Shown piece after piece: positions 17,204 through 26,244 of a DNA stretch of 64,000 nucleotides; the stretch's first letter is position 1; every line of letters begins with the position of its first letter. A model generated the notes under the pieces. It was not told the origin of the DNA and made no database searches. It was given only the letters and a program-made list of their open reading frames with translations. Origin of the DNA: an uncultured Alphaproteobacteria bacterium (GTDB lineage Bacteria > Pseudomonadota > Alphaproteobacteria > MPNO01 > DASWLB01); contig CAVZIN010000007.1 in assembly GCA_963775315.1 (NCBI GenBank), forward strand, positions 841,193 to 905,192, in the 5' to 3' direction. Both the position numbers and the translations under genes were made by a program.

Positions 17204-18516
17204 ACGGCGGGCGCCCCCAGCACGGCGTCCAGCATTCGATAATCGGGAGGGGCGGTATCGATCGGCTTGCCCGACCGCAGCACGATGCGATCGTTCTGTG
17301 GGCGGCTCAGCATCTCGGAATAGCTGCGCCCGCGCAGGACCACCAGATCGGCCGTTGCGCCGCGCGCGATCTTGCCGGCATCGCTCGCCCCCATGACCGA
17401 GGCCGGAGTCGACGTGATCGCTGCCGGCCAGCCGTCATAGTCGGAGTCGAGGTGGGCGATGCGGGTCGCCTGGGTGAACACTTCCACCATGTCGAGGTCG
17501 CCGAACCCGCAGAACGGGTCGCGCGTGTTGTCGGACGAGATCGAAACCGGGATGTCGTGGCTCTTGAACTCCTGAAGCAGCGTGACGCCGCGATATCGCG
17601 GCGTGCGGCCGGGCGTGCGGTCCTGAAGGTACATGTTGCACATCGGGAGGCTGACGATGGAGAGCCCGCAGTCGGCCGCGAGCCCGAGCACCGTCTCGAC
17701 ATACTCGTCAGACTGAACCGAAAAGGCGCAGCAATGGCCGCAATTCACCTTGCCGCGGAAGTTGCGGCGCAGCGCGGCTTCGGCGACGGCCTTGAGCGAG
17801 CGGGCCTCGGGATCGAGCCCTTCGTCAATGTGGAAGTCGAGGTTGAGCCCGCGCTCGGCCGCGAGCAGGAACACGCGGTCGAGCAGCGCCGGCGCTTCCT
17901 TCTCGATATAGCTCACCGCGCCCAGAACGCCGCCGCTTTCGGCCACCAGGTCGGCCATCGCCTTGCCGGCGTCCCGATCGGCGAAGAACGAGATCGGCAC
18001 CAGGTTGACCGGTTGCAGCTCGATGCGCCCGGCCCAGCGCTCGCGCACCTCGCGCACCACCGGCCAGCTTCGCACGTTCTGGGGCGGTAGGCTGTCGACA
18101 TGGGTGCGGATCGCCTTGGTGCCGTGGGCGTAGGCGCAGGCTAGGCTGAATTCCATCCGCGCGCGCACGTCGTCCGGCGACCAGTTCGCCTCGCGGTCGG
18201 CCGCGACGTTGGTGTAGGCGCCCATGAACGTGCCGTCCGGGTTGCGCCGGCGCGGCCAGATATGGCCCTTGTCGAGGTGGGTGTGGAGCTCGACGAAGGA
18301 GGGCCAGACGAGCCCGTCGTCGGCGTCGTGGACCGGGCCATCCACCGGCGCCGAGCCGGGCTTCGCAATTGCCGCGATCTTGCCATCCGCGACGTGGATG
18401 TCGACGCGAACGAGACCGTCGGAAAGCGTGGGGGCGCCGGCCGGGATCAGGTCGAGGCAGATTGCCGGGACCGTGGCGTTCGTCAGCCAATGGTCCTTGA
18501 GTTCGAGCGCGCTCAT
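17200..18516 (-). CDS. Cytosine/creatinine deaminase-like amidohydrolase (CodA/AtzC family)
   Basis: MSALELKDHWL... start with ATGA overlap to the ATPase stop, and the HTHLDKG metal motif; 439 aa. Confidence 0.8.
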   Translation of the reverse strand: MSALELKDHWLTNATVPAICLDLIPAGAPTLSDGLVRVDIHVADGKIAAIAKPGSAPVDGPVHDADDGLVWPSFVELHTHLDKGHIWPRRRNPDGTFMGAYTNVAADREANWSPDDVRARMEFSLACAYAHGTKAIRTHVDSLPPQNVRSWPVVREVRERWAGRIELQPVNLVPISFFADRDAGKAMADLVAESGGVLGAVSYIEKEAPALLDRVFLLAAERGLNLDFHIDEGLDPEARSLKAVAEAALRRNFRGKVNCGHCCAFSVQSDEYVETVLGLAADCGLSIVSLPMCNMYLQDRTPGRTPRYRGVTLLQEFKSHDIPVSISSDNTRDPFCGFGDLDMVEVFTQATRIAHLDSDYDGWPAAITSTPASVMGASDAGKIARGATADLVVLRGRSYSEMLSRPQNDRIVLRSGKPIDTAPPDYRMLDAVLGAPAV

Positions 18517-19304
18517 GATTGGCGCCCCATCGCATCGGTCAGCATCGCGGATACCTCGCGGCAGTAGTCGGCGTAGACGTTCGAGGTGCGGAATGCCTCG
18601 GTCCGGGGGTAGGGGGCGTCGATCTCGATCTCGCCCACGACGCGGCCCGGCCGCGCGGCCATCACGATGATGCGGCGCGAGAGGTAGACCGACTCGAAAA
18701 CGCTGTGGGTAACGAAGATCACCGTCCAGTCGTTGTCGCCCCAAAGCTCCAGCAGGTCGTTGTTGAGCTTGAAACGCGTGATTTCGTCGAGGGCGGCGAA
18801 GGGCTCGTCCATCAACAGGAGGCGCGGCTTCACGATCATGCCGCGCGCGATGGAGACGCGCATCTTCATGCCGCCCGAAAGCTCGCGCGGGTAGGAATTC
18901 TCGAAGGCGGAGAGCCCGACGCGCGCGATGGCCGCCTTCACATCCGGCGCGGCCTTCGTCCGCGAGACGCCCTCGAGGCGGAGGGGGAGGTAGACGTTCT
19001 CGAACACCGTGGCCCAGGGCATCAGGGTCGGCTCCTGGAACACGAAGCCCACTTCGCGCTCCGGGTTGCCGCCTGCGTCGTAGGACGAGGTGGGCCAGTC
19101 GACCGTGCCGGCGCTCACCCCGGACAGGCCCGAGATGAGCTTGAGTGCCGTCGACTTGCCGCAGCCAGACGGGCCCAGCAGGCTGACGAAATCGTGCTCG
19201 TGGATGTCGATGTCGAGCCCGCGCAGCGCAATCGTTCCATTTTCGAACGTCTTGGAGACGCCCTTGATGCTGACCAGCGGGCGATCGGCCGTGATTACCG
19301 CCAT
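18513..19304 (-). CDS. ABC transporter ATP-binding protein (NitT/TauT family)
   Basis: Walker A GPSGCGKST, signature LSGGMKMR, Walker B LLLMDEP, GGAGAAGG RBS. Confidence 0.9.
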   Translation of the reverse strand: MAVITADRPLVSIKGVSKTFENGTIALRGLDIDIHEHDFVSLLGPSGCGKSTALKLISGLSGVSAGTVDWPTSSYDAGGNPEREVGFVFQEPTLMPWATVFENVYLPLRLEGVSRTKAAPDVKAAIARVGLSAFENSYPRELSGGMKMRVSIARGMIVKPRLLLMDEPFAALDEITRFKLNNDLLELWGDNDWTVIFVTHSVFESVYLSRRIIVMAARPGRVVGEIEIDAPYPRTEAFRTSNVYADYCREVSAMLTDAMGRQS

Positions 19305-20128
19305 GACGACGCCTTCTCCATGCTGTGGCGCGAGATGATGCGGTCGAGCGGGTAGCGCGCGACCTCGTCCAGAAGCGCGACCAGTGCATTGGCCGCGTGG
19401 TCGATCAGCAGCTTTCCGCGCTCCGGATCGGCGTCGAGCGCATTGCCGCAGGCGCCATCGGGGTGCAGGTCCTGGGTTTGCCAGCCGAACCCGATCTTCC
19501 CTTCGGCGCGGAGGTAGGTGTAGCTCCGCGCCACGTCCTCGGCGGCGGATTGGAAGTTCGCGAGGCGCGCGTGGTTCACGAGCTCGGGTCGCGCCGCCAT
19601 CATGATCGAGGTCTCGACCGCGCCGCCGTGGATGCCGAACTCGAGCTCGTCGTCGCTGAACAGGCCCTTCGGCCGCCCGAGTCCGCCCGGTCCCACCGTG
19701 ACGACGAACATGCCGAGCCGGACGCGCAGATCGCGGGCGACGATGTCGGCGATCTGCGGCTGTCCGCCATGGGTGTTGAGGATCAGCATGCGGCGCACGC
19801 CGGTCCGATGGACCAACTCGCCGATCTCGGTCCAGAGGCGCGTCAAAGTCTCGGCCGACAGGGTAAGCGTTCCGGGAAATTCCTGGTGCTCGTTCGATTT
19901 GCCGACGTTCATCGCCGGTAGGACGAGGACGGGCAGTGCCTCGGGCGCGCGCGCCACGGCCTCGCCGACGATCGCCCGGTTGATCGCGGCGTCGACGCAA
20001 ACCGGGAGATGCGGCCCGTGCTGTTCAATGGCGGCGACCGGCAGCAGGGCGACGATGCGCGCGGCATCCAGTGCCGCGAACTCCGTGGTCGTCAGCTCTT
20101 CCCAATAGCGGCTCGGCAATCGGCTCAT
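19295..20128 (-). CDS. Creatininase-family amidohydrolase (creatinine amidohydrolase-like)
   Basis: 277 aa with creatininase-fold motifs (HGPHLP, NTHGG), GGGAAGGG RBS, and a sigma-54 promoter about 30 bp upstream. Confidence 0.85.
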   Translation of the reverse strand: MSRLPSRYWEELTTTEFAALDAARIVALLPVAAIEQHGPHLPVCVDAAINRAIVGEAVARAPEALPVLVLPAMNVGKSNEHQEFPGTLTLSAETLTRLWTEIGELVHRTGVRRMLILNTHGGQPQIADIVARDLRVRLGMFVVTVGPGGLGRPKGLFSDDELEFGIHGGAVETSIMMAARPELVNHARLANFQSAAEDVARSYTYLRAEGKIGFGWQTQDLHPDGACGNALDADPERGKLLIDHAANALVALLDEVARYPLDRIISRHSMEKASSWR

Positions 20129-20157
20129 CGCATCCCTTCCCGGTCCCGCCCCATCCC

Positions 20158-20177
20158 TCGCAAGAATCGTGCCAACC
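20158..20177 (-). promoter_or_regulatory. Sigma-54 promoter for the creatininase-ABC ATPase-deaminase-FAD oxidase operon
   Basis: Minus strand reads GGTTGGCACGATTCTTGCGA, about 30 nt upstream of the start at 20128. Confidence 0.75.
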
Positions 20178-20314
20178 GGCGGCGCTGCGGATTTGACGCG
20201 ATTTGCGCCGCAAGGCGCCGCGCGGCTGCACAGCGAATGCGCAGGCTGGTCACGCGATGGGCAACGCGGCCCCGTGAAACGTGCGAAGGGGCCCGCACGC
20301 GGCCGTTTTCGTCG

Positions 20315-20331
20315 TGGCACGGTTCTTGCGA
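20315..20331 (+). promoter_or_regulatory. Sigma-54 promoter for the Rieske-less oxygenase paralog
   Basis: TGGCACGGTTCTTGCGA, 30 nt upstream of the ATG at 20361. Confidence 0.7.
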
Positions 20332-20360
20332 CGCAAAGGCGGTCTACCAAGGGAGGAGCC

Positions 20361-21239
20361 ATGCTTGCGACCCGACAGAACTTGCTGCGCCACTTCTGGT
20401 ACCCGCTGATGCCCGTCGACGGCATCGGGCTGCTGCCGCGCCCGTTCACGCTGCTGGGCCGCGAACTTCTCTTGTGGCGCGATGCGGGAGGAGCGGTCCG
20501 GGCCTCTCCGGAGCCGGCCGGCATCGACGAGCGCTACGGCTATGTCTGGCTCGTCCTCGCCGAGCCGCTGTTCCCGATCCCACCGCTGCCGCCGGCATCG
20601 GACCCGGCGTTTCGCATGATCTCCGAATTTTACGAGGTGTGGCGCTGCGCCGGGCTCCGGCTTATGGAGAACGAGTTCGACAATGCCCACGTTGCCTTCG
20701 TCCACCGCGCGACGTTCGGGGTGATCGCGGAGCCCGAGCCGCCGCGCTCGACCATCTCGCCGACCGCGGATGGGTTCGAGATGCGGACCGTGTTCAACGT
20801 CCGCAACAACGATTTGCAACTGCGCAACCTGCGGACCGCCGAGGACCGCATCGACCGCAATATCGTGATGACCTGGTTCATGCCGTTCTCGCGGACGCTC
20901 GACATCCGCTATCCGAGCGGGCTGCGCCACGTGATCTTCACCGCCGCTACCCCGATCGACGACGCCCATTCGCAGTTCGTGCAGTTCGCCATGCGGAACG
21001 ACAGCGAGGCCGAGGCGTCGGCCGCGGGAGTCGTCGCGTTCGACCGGCAGGTGACCTCGGAGGACCGCGCTGTCCTGGAGACGACCGACCCCGACGTGCC
21101 GCTCGACCTCCGTGCCCGGAACGAGGTGCACATGGCATCGGACCGACCGGGGCTGGTGATGCGCCGCATGCTGGGGGCGGTTCTCGCCCGGCGCGGAGAG
21201 GCGGAGGCGACGGGTGCGCGCGCGCCTGCCTGTTCCTGA
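20361..21239 (+). CDS. Rieske-less paralog of the Rieske oxygenase catalytic subunit (NdmC-like; retains the mononuclear Fe site)
   Basis: 292 aa that align with the paralogs at 7856 and 8898, but the roughly 55 aa carrying CxH...CxxH are absent. Keeps ENEFDNAHVAFVH. GGGAGGAG RBS and a sigma-54 promoter. Confidence 0.75.
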   Translation: MLATRQNLLRHFWYPLMPVDGIGLLPRPFTLLGRELLLWRDAGGAVRASPEPAGIDERYGYVWLVLAEPLFPIPPLPPASDPAFRMISEFYEVWRCAGLRLMENEFDNAHVAFVHRATFGVIAEPEPPRSTISPTADGFEMRTVFNVRNNDLQLRNLRTAEDRIDRNIVMTWFMPFSRTLDIRYPSGLRHVIFTAATPIDDAHSQFVQFAMRNDSEAEASAAGVVAFDRQVTSEDRAVLETTDPDVPLDLRARNEVHMASDRPGLVMRRMLGAVLARRGEAEATGARAPACS

Positions 21240-21325
21240 GGCTGTTGACCAACGATTGATCGAACTTTGTCGGGAAGCGACGGACGCGAAGGCCGTTCGC
21301 GCCCGCCCGGTGGCATTCCCCGCCG

Positions 21326-21341
21326 TGGCACGAATCTTGCA
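21326..21341 (+). promoter_or_regulatory. Sigma-54 promoter for the SBP-permease-puuE-allC-uraD-puuD operon
   Basis: TGGCACGAATCTTGCA, about 47 nt upstream of the ATG at 21388. Confidence 0.7.
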
Positions 21342-21387
21342 TCGCCCCTTTCGGCCGTCCGCAACGTCGAACGATTGGAGATCAACG

Positions 21388-22449
21388 ATGCCGACCAGAT
21401 TATCGAAGCCGCGCGGTCTCGCGGCGAGGCGCGCTGCGCCCCTGTTTGCCGCGGCAGCCGCCTTCGTCGCCGCGGCGCTTTCGGCCCATGGCGCCCTCGC
21501 GAACGAGAAGATCAACTTCCTGACCTCGTGGAAGGCGGAGGCCGAGCACGGCGGCTTCTACCAGGCGCAGGCGACGGGCATCTACAAGAAGTACGGGCTC
21601 GACGTCACGATCCGCCAGGGCGGACCGCAGATCAACGCAACCCAGATGCTGGTCGCGGGCGCGGTCGACATGGCCATGCTGTCTTCGAACGACGACCTGC
21701 TGGTCGCGCTCAAGAATGGCGGGCACATCACGGCTGTGATGGCCGGCATGCAGAAATCGCCGCGTGTCCTGCTTGCCCATCCCGACTCGGGGATCAAGTC
21801 GCTTGCCGACATGAAGGGGCGGCCGATCTTGATCTCCTCGGAATCGATCAACACCATGTTCGCCTGGCTCAAGGCCAAGTATGGGTTCAAGGATTCCCAG
21901 ATCCGCAAGTACACGTTCAACATGGCGCCCTTCATCGCCGAGAAGTCCGCCATTCAGCAGGGCTATGTGTCGAGCGAGCCCTACGTCATCAAGAAGGAGG
22001 GCGGGTTCGACCCGGAGGTCTTCCTCCTCGCCGACTACGGCTACGACACCTACGCCACGATCGTCGCCGTGCCGAACTCGTGGATAAAGACGAAGCCTAA
22101 GGTGGTGCAGGACTTCGTCAACGCCTCGATCGACGGCTGGTACAGCTACATGTACGGCGACCCGTGGCCCGCGAACGCCCTGATCAAGAAGGACAATCCG
22201 GAGATGACCGATGACACGATCGCGTACTCGATCGAGACGATGAAGAAGTACGGCATCGTCGATTCCGGCGACTCCCTGAAGGAAGGGATCGGCGCGATGT
22301 CGGACGCGCGCTGGAAGAGCCAGTTCGACGCGGCCGCGTCAGTTGGGGTCTATCCGAAGGACCTTCCCTACAAGGAGGCCTACACGCTCCAGTTCGTGAA
22401 CAAGGGTCACGGGCTCGAGATGAAGTCCGCCATGAAGCCGAAGATGTGA
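21388..22449 (+). CDS. ABC transporter substrate-binding protein (NMT1/TauA/SsuA family), paralog 1
   Basis: Signal peptide, NMT1-like fold, GGAGA RBS and a sigma-54 promoter. Confidence 0.9.
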   Translation: MPTRLSKPRGLAARRAAPLFAAAAAFVAAALSAHGALANEKINFLTSWKAEAEHGGFYQAQATGIYKKYGLDVTIRQGGPQINATQMLVAGAVDMAMLSSNDDLLVALKNGGHITAVMAGMQKSPRVLLAHPDSGIKSLADMKGRPILISSESINTMFAWLKAKYGFKDSQIRKYTFNMAPFIAEKSAIQQGYVSSEPYVIKKEGGFDPEVFLLADYGYDTYATIVAVPNSWIKTKPKVVQDFVNASIDGWYSYMYGDPWPANALIKKDNPEMTDDTIAYSIETMKKYGIVDSGDSLKEGIGAMSDARWKSQFDAAASVGVYPKDLPYKEAYTLQFVNKGHGLEMKSAMKPKM

Positions 22450-22456
22450 GAGAGTG

Positions 22457-23377
22457 ATGGTCGGTATTCAGCGTGCCATGTCGCGCGGCAAGCTTCACCC
22501 CGGGTCGGTCGCTCCGGCCCGGGCCGGCCGCGCCGCCCCGCCCGCCGCGGACGTCGAGTCCGAGGCGCCGGTCGTCGAGACCTCCAGCCATCGCCAGGCG
22601 CTGGTCAAGTTCCTGATCCCCGCCTTGGTCGGTGTCGCGTTCATCGGCTTCTGGCAGTGGTCCGTCGGCTATTTCGGCGTGCCAAAATTCGTGCTGCCGG
22701 CGCCGAGCCTGATTGCCGCCTCGTTCGTGAAGGACTTCCACTCGCTGCTCGCGTCATTCTGGATCACGTTCCAGGTAACGCTGTCGGCCTTTCTCCTGGC
22801 GGTGGTGACCGGCATCGCGATCGCGGTGATCTTCGTGCAGAACCGCGCCATCGAGTATGCGCTGTTCCCATACGCGGTGATCCTGCAGGTGACGCCGGTC
22901 GTCGCTATCGCGCCGCTGATCATCATCTGGGTCGGGTTCGATCATATCGAGGTGGCGGTGCTGATCCTCGCCTGGATCGTCGCCTTCTTCCCGATCCTGT
23001 CGAACACGACCATTGGGCTCAGCTCGGCGGACCACAATCTTCGAGACCTGTTCTCGCTCTATGGCGCGTCGCGCTGGCAGGTGTTTCGCTACCTCCAGCT
23101 TCCGACCGCTCTGCCCTACATCCTTGGCGGGGCGCGGATCTCGGGCGGGCTTGCCCTGATCGGGGCCGTGGTAGCGGAGTTCGTGGCCGGCTCCGGCGCC
23201 GCCACGGGCCTCGCCTGGCGAATCGTGGAAGCGGGCAACCGGCTCAACATCCCGGCGATGTTCGCGGCACTGATCCTCCTGTCCGCGCTCGGCATCGCCA
23301 TCTTTTTCTGTCTCACCTGGCTGCAGAGCCTGCTGCTCGGGCGTTGGCACGAGAGCGCCGTCGCGCGCGGCGGCTGA
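22457..23377 (+). CDS. ABC transporter permease (BPD_transp_1)
   Basis: Six predicted TM segments; no ATPase gene in this operon. Confidence 0.9.
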   Translation: MVGIQRAMSRGKLHPGSVAPARAGRAAPPAADVESEAPVVETSSHRQALVKFLIPALVGVAFIGFWQWSVGYFGVPKFVLPAPSLIAASFVKDFHSLLASFWITFQVTLSAFLLAVVTGIAIAVIFVQNRAIEYALFPYAVILQVTPVVAIAPLIIIWVGFDHIEVAVLILAWIVAFFPILSNTTIGLSSADHNLRDLFSLYGASRWQVFRYLQLPTALPYILGGARISGGLALIGAVVAEFVAGSGAATGLAWRIVEAGNRLNIPAMFAALILLSALGIAIFFCLTWLQSLLLGRWHESAVARGG

Positions 23378-23389
23378 CGGCCGCCGCCG

Positions 23390-24313
23390 ATGCGTGACGG
23401 AGACGCCACCGGCTATCCGCGCGACATGCGCGGCTACGGGGCGACGCCGCCGGACCCTTACTGGCCCGGTGGCGCCCGTCTCGCCCTCCAGTTCGTGATC
23501 AATTACGAGGAGGGGGCGGAGAATTGCGTGCTGCACGGCGACGCGGCGTCGGAGGCGTTCCTGTCCGAGATCGTCGGGGCCGTGCCGATCCAAGGCGCGC
23601 GCCACATGAACATGGAGAGCCTCTACGAATACGGCAGCCGGGCTGGGTTCTGGCGGCTGCACCGGCTGTTCGCCTCGCGCGACCTGCCGGTCACCGTGTT
23701 CGGTGTCGCCATGGCGCTGGCGCGCAATCCGGAGGCGGTCGCCGCGATGATCGAGGCCGGATGGGAGATCGCAACCCATGGCTGGCGCTGGATCGACTAT
23801 CAGCATGTGTCCGAGGCGGAGGAGCGCGCCGACCTGCTCCGTGCCATCGAAGTTCACACAGGCGCGACCGGGCAGCGCCCGCTCGGCTGGTATCTCGGCC
23901 GGTGTAGCCCGAACACGCGCCGGCTGGTGGCGGAGGAGGGCGGGTTCCTCTACGACGCCGACAGCTATGCCGACGACCTGCCCTATTGGGACACGAGCCA
24001 CGGCCGAGCGCAGCTCATCGTCCCCTATACGCTCGACGCCAACGACATGCGGTTCGCGACGGCGCAAGGCTTCAACGCCGGCGACCAGTTCTTCGCCTAT
24101 CTGAAGGACAGCTTCGATGTGCTGTACGCCGAGGGCGGCGAACAGCCGAAGATGATGTCCGTCGGGCTGCATTGCCGCCTGATCGGTCGGCCCGGCCGCA
24201 TCGCGGCGCTCGCGCGCTTTCTCGACTATATCGCGAGCCATGACCAGGTGTGGGTGTGCCGGCGCATCGACATCGCACGCCACTGGCACGCCCGCCACCC
24301 GCCGCCGTCGTGA
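23390..24313 (+). CDS. puuE: Allantoinase PuuE (polysaccharide deacetylase type)
   Basis: YPRDMRGYG...NYEEGAENCVLHGD...ESLYEYGSRAGFWRL is nearly collinear with characterised PuuE. Confidence 0.9.
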   Translation: MRDGDATGYPRDMRGYGATPPDPYWPGGARLALQFVINYEEGAENCVLHGDAASEAFLSEIVGAVPIQGARHMNMESLYEYGSRAGFWRLHRLFASRDLPVTVFGVAMALARNPEAVAAMIEAGWEIATHGWRWIDYQHVSEAEERADLLRAIEVHTGATGQRPLGWYLGRCSPNTRRLVAEEGGFLYDADSYADDLPYWDTSHGRAQLIVPYTLDANDMRFATAQGFNAGDQFFAYLKDSFDVLYAEGGEQPKMMSVGLHCRLIGRPGRIAALARFLDYIASHDQVWVCRRIDIARHWHARHPPPS

Positions 24314-25599
24314 CGGCTCGGGCCAAGCTTGCGCCCGCCGCCGGCTATCGTCGCGACGCCGAAACGGTGATGGCGCGGCTTGATGCGCTGGCCGCGTGTT
24401 CGGAGACCGAGACCGGTCTCACCCGCCGTTTCCTCACCCCCGCGCACCGCGCCGCCATCGATCTGGTCGCGGGCTGGATGGGCGCGGCCGGGATGACGAC
24501 GCGGCTCGATCCGATGGGGACGCTCATTGGGCGTCGCGAAGGGAAGCGGCCAAGCGCGCCCTGCCTGATGCTCGGCTCGCACATCGACACGGTCGTGGAC
24601 GCCGGGAAATACGACGGCGCGCTGGGGGTGATCGCCGCCATCGCTTGTGTCGCACGCTTCGCCGAAACCGGGTTCGCCCCCGACTTTGCGATCGAGGTGG
24701 TCGCGTTCGGCGACGAAGAGGGCTCGCGCTTCCCGATCACGCTGACATCGAGCCGCGCGCTCGCCGGCACGCTCGACCCCGGGGTCTTCGCCATCCGCGA
24801 TGCCGCCGGGACGAGCCTCGGCGAAGCCATGCGGTCCTTCCGGCTCGATCCGGAAGCGCACCGGGCGGCGGCGCGGCGGCGCGAGGACGTGCTGGCATAT
24901 ATCGAGCTGCATATCGAGCAGGGGCCTGTGCTGGAGGCGGAAAGCCTCCCGGTCGGGGTGGTGACTGCCATCGCGGGCCAATCGCGCTTCGAGGTCGCGA
25001 TCGAAGGTGTGGCCGGCCACGCCGGGACCGTGCCGATGGCACTCCGCCGGGACGCGCTGGCTGCGGCGGCCGAGTGCATCCTGGCGGCCGAGGATGAATG
25101 CCGCGCCCGCGCCGGGTCGGGCGCGGTCGGGACGGTCGGGCGCATCGCGGCGGCGCCCGGGGCCGTCAATGTGATTCCGGGCCGCGCGCAATTTGTCCTG
25201 GATGTGCGAGCGCCCGCCGATGCCGACCGGTCCGCGGCGGTCGACGCGCTGCGCGCCCGGTTCGAGGCGGTCGCCAAGCGCCGCGGCGTATGGCTGGAGA
25301 TGCGTGAGACTCATTCGGCGGCGTCGGTTGCCTGTGCGTCCGATTTGGCGGATTGCCTCGCCCAGGCCGTCGCGGCGGAGGGCGTGAAGGTGCGCCGCCT
25401 GCCCAGCGGGGCAGGGCACGACGCCATGGCCGTCGCGGCGCTTTGCGACGTGGCGATGCTGTTCGTCCGATGCCGCGGCGGGGTGAGTCATCATCCGGAC
25501 GAGCATGTCGAGATTACCGACGTCGCCGTCGCCCTCGCCGTGCTCGATCGCTTCGTGCGCGCCTTCGGAGCGGCAACCTGCCCAAGGTTCGGGCAGTGA
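24310..25599 (+). CDS. allC: Allantoate amidohydrolase-like M20/carbamoylase-family hydrolase
   Basis: Zn-binding blocks GSHIDTV, DEEGSRF and HAGTVPM. A GTG at 24310 is coupled to the puuE stop; an alternative ATG lies at 24370. Confidence 0.8.
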   Translation: MTARAKLAPAAGYRRDAETVMARLDALAACSETETGLTRRFLTPAHRAAIDLVAGWMGAAGMTTRLDPMGTLIGRREGKRPSAPCLMLGSHIDTVVDAGKYDGALGVIAAIACVARFAETGFAPDFAIEVVAFGDEEGSRFPITLTSSRALAGTLDPGVFAIRDAAGTSLGEAMRSFRLDPEAHRAAARRREDVLAYIELHIEQGPVLEAESLPVGVVTAIAGQSRFEVAIEGVAGHAGTVPMALRRDALAAAAECILAAEDECRARAGSGAVGTVGRIAAAPGAVNVIPGRAQFVLDVRAPADADRSAAVDALRARFEAVAKRRGVWLEMRETHSAASVACASDLADCLAQAVAAEGVKVRRLPSGAGHDAMAVAALCDVAMLFVRCRGGVSHHPDEHVEITDVAVALAVLDRFVRAFGAATCPRFGQ

Positions 25600-25701
25600 G
25601 GCCGGTTCTCCGCGCGCCAGGGCAGCGATTTCCACGCATTTCCGGTCGCCCATGCTTGGCACGCCGCTTGCAAGGCGAGGGACGGGACAAGGCGTGAGGC
25701 G

Positions 25702-26244
25702 ATGACGGTCCAGTTCCTGCTCGCTGAGCTCAACGCGATGCCGCGCGGCGATTTCGTTGCCGCGCTGGGCGAGGTGTTCGAGCATTCGCCCTGGGTCGCC
25801 GGCTGCGCCTGGGATGCGCGCCCATTTGAGAGTCGGACGGCACTGCACCGGGCGATGGTGGGCGCGGTGCGCGCGGCGGGACGCGAGCTGCAGGTCACGC
25901 TGGTCTGCGCCCATCCCGATCTTGCCGGGCGGCTCGCCCGCAAGCGCAAGCTGGGCGCGCATTCGGCGCAAGAGCAGGCCGCGGCAGGACTCGACAGCCT
26001 GACGGACGACGAGTTCGCGCGGTTCGAGAGGTTGAACGCGCTCTATCGCCGCTGCTTCGATTTCCCTTTCGTCATCTGCGTTCGCGATCACCACAAGTCC
26101 GCCATCCTCGAAGCGTTCGAGCGCCGCCTGTTCCACACGCCGGAGCACGAACTGGACGAGGCGCTGACCAACATCGCCCGCATTGCCGAGCTCCGCCTCG
26201 TCGGGCTGGTCGCTGATCCCCAACCCGAGAGAGCCGAGCCGTGA
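25702..26244 (+). CDS. uraD: OHCU decarboxylase (2-oxo-4-hydroxy-4-carboxy-5-ureidoimidazoline decarboxylase)
   Basis: 180 aa, AHPDLAG motif, in an operon between allC and puuD. Confidence 0.85.
   Translation: MTVQFLLAELNAMPRGDFVAALGEVFEHSPWVAGCAWDARPFESRTALHRAMVGAVRAAGRELQVTLVCAHPDLAGRLARKRKLGAHSAQEQAAAGLDSLTDDEFARFERLNALYRRCFDFPFVICVRDHHKSAILEAFERRLFHTPEHELDEALTNIARIAELRLVGLVADPQPERAEP

Noticed and set aside
18517-19389. N-terminal extension of the 729-aa ORF 17200-19389
   Set aside because: The deaminase starts at MSALELKDHW (18516). The extension overlaps the ABC ATPase gene in another frame.
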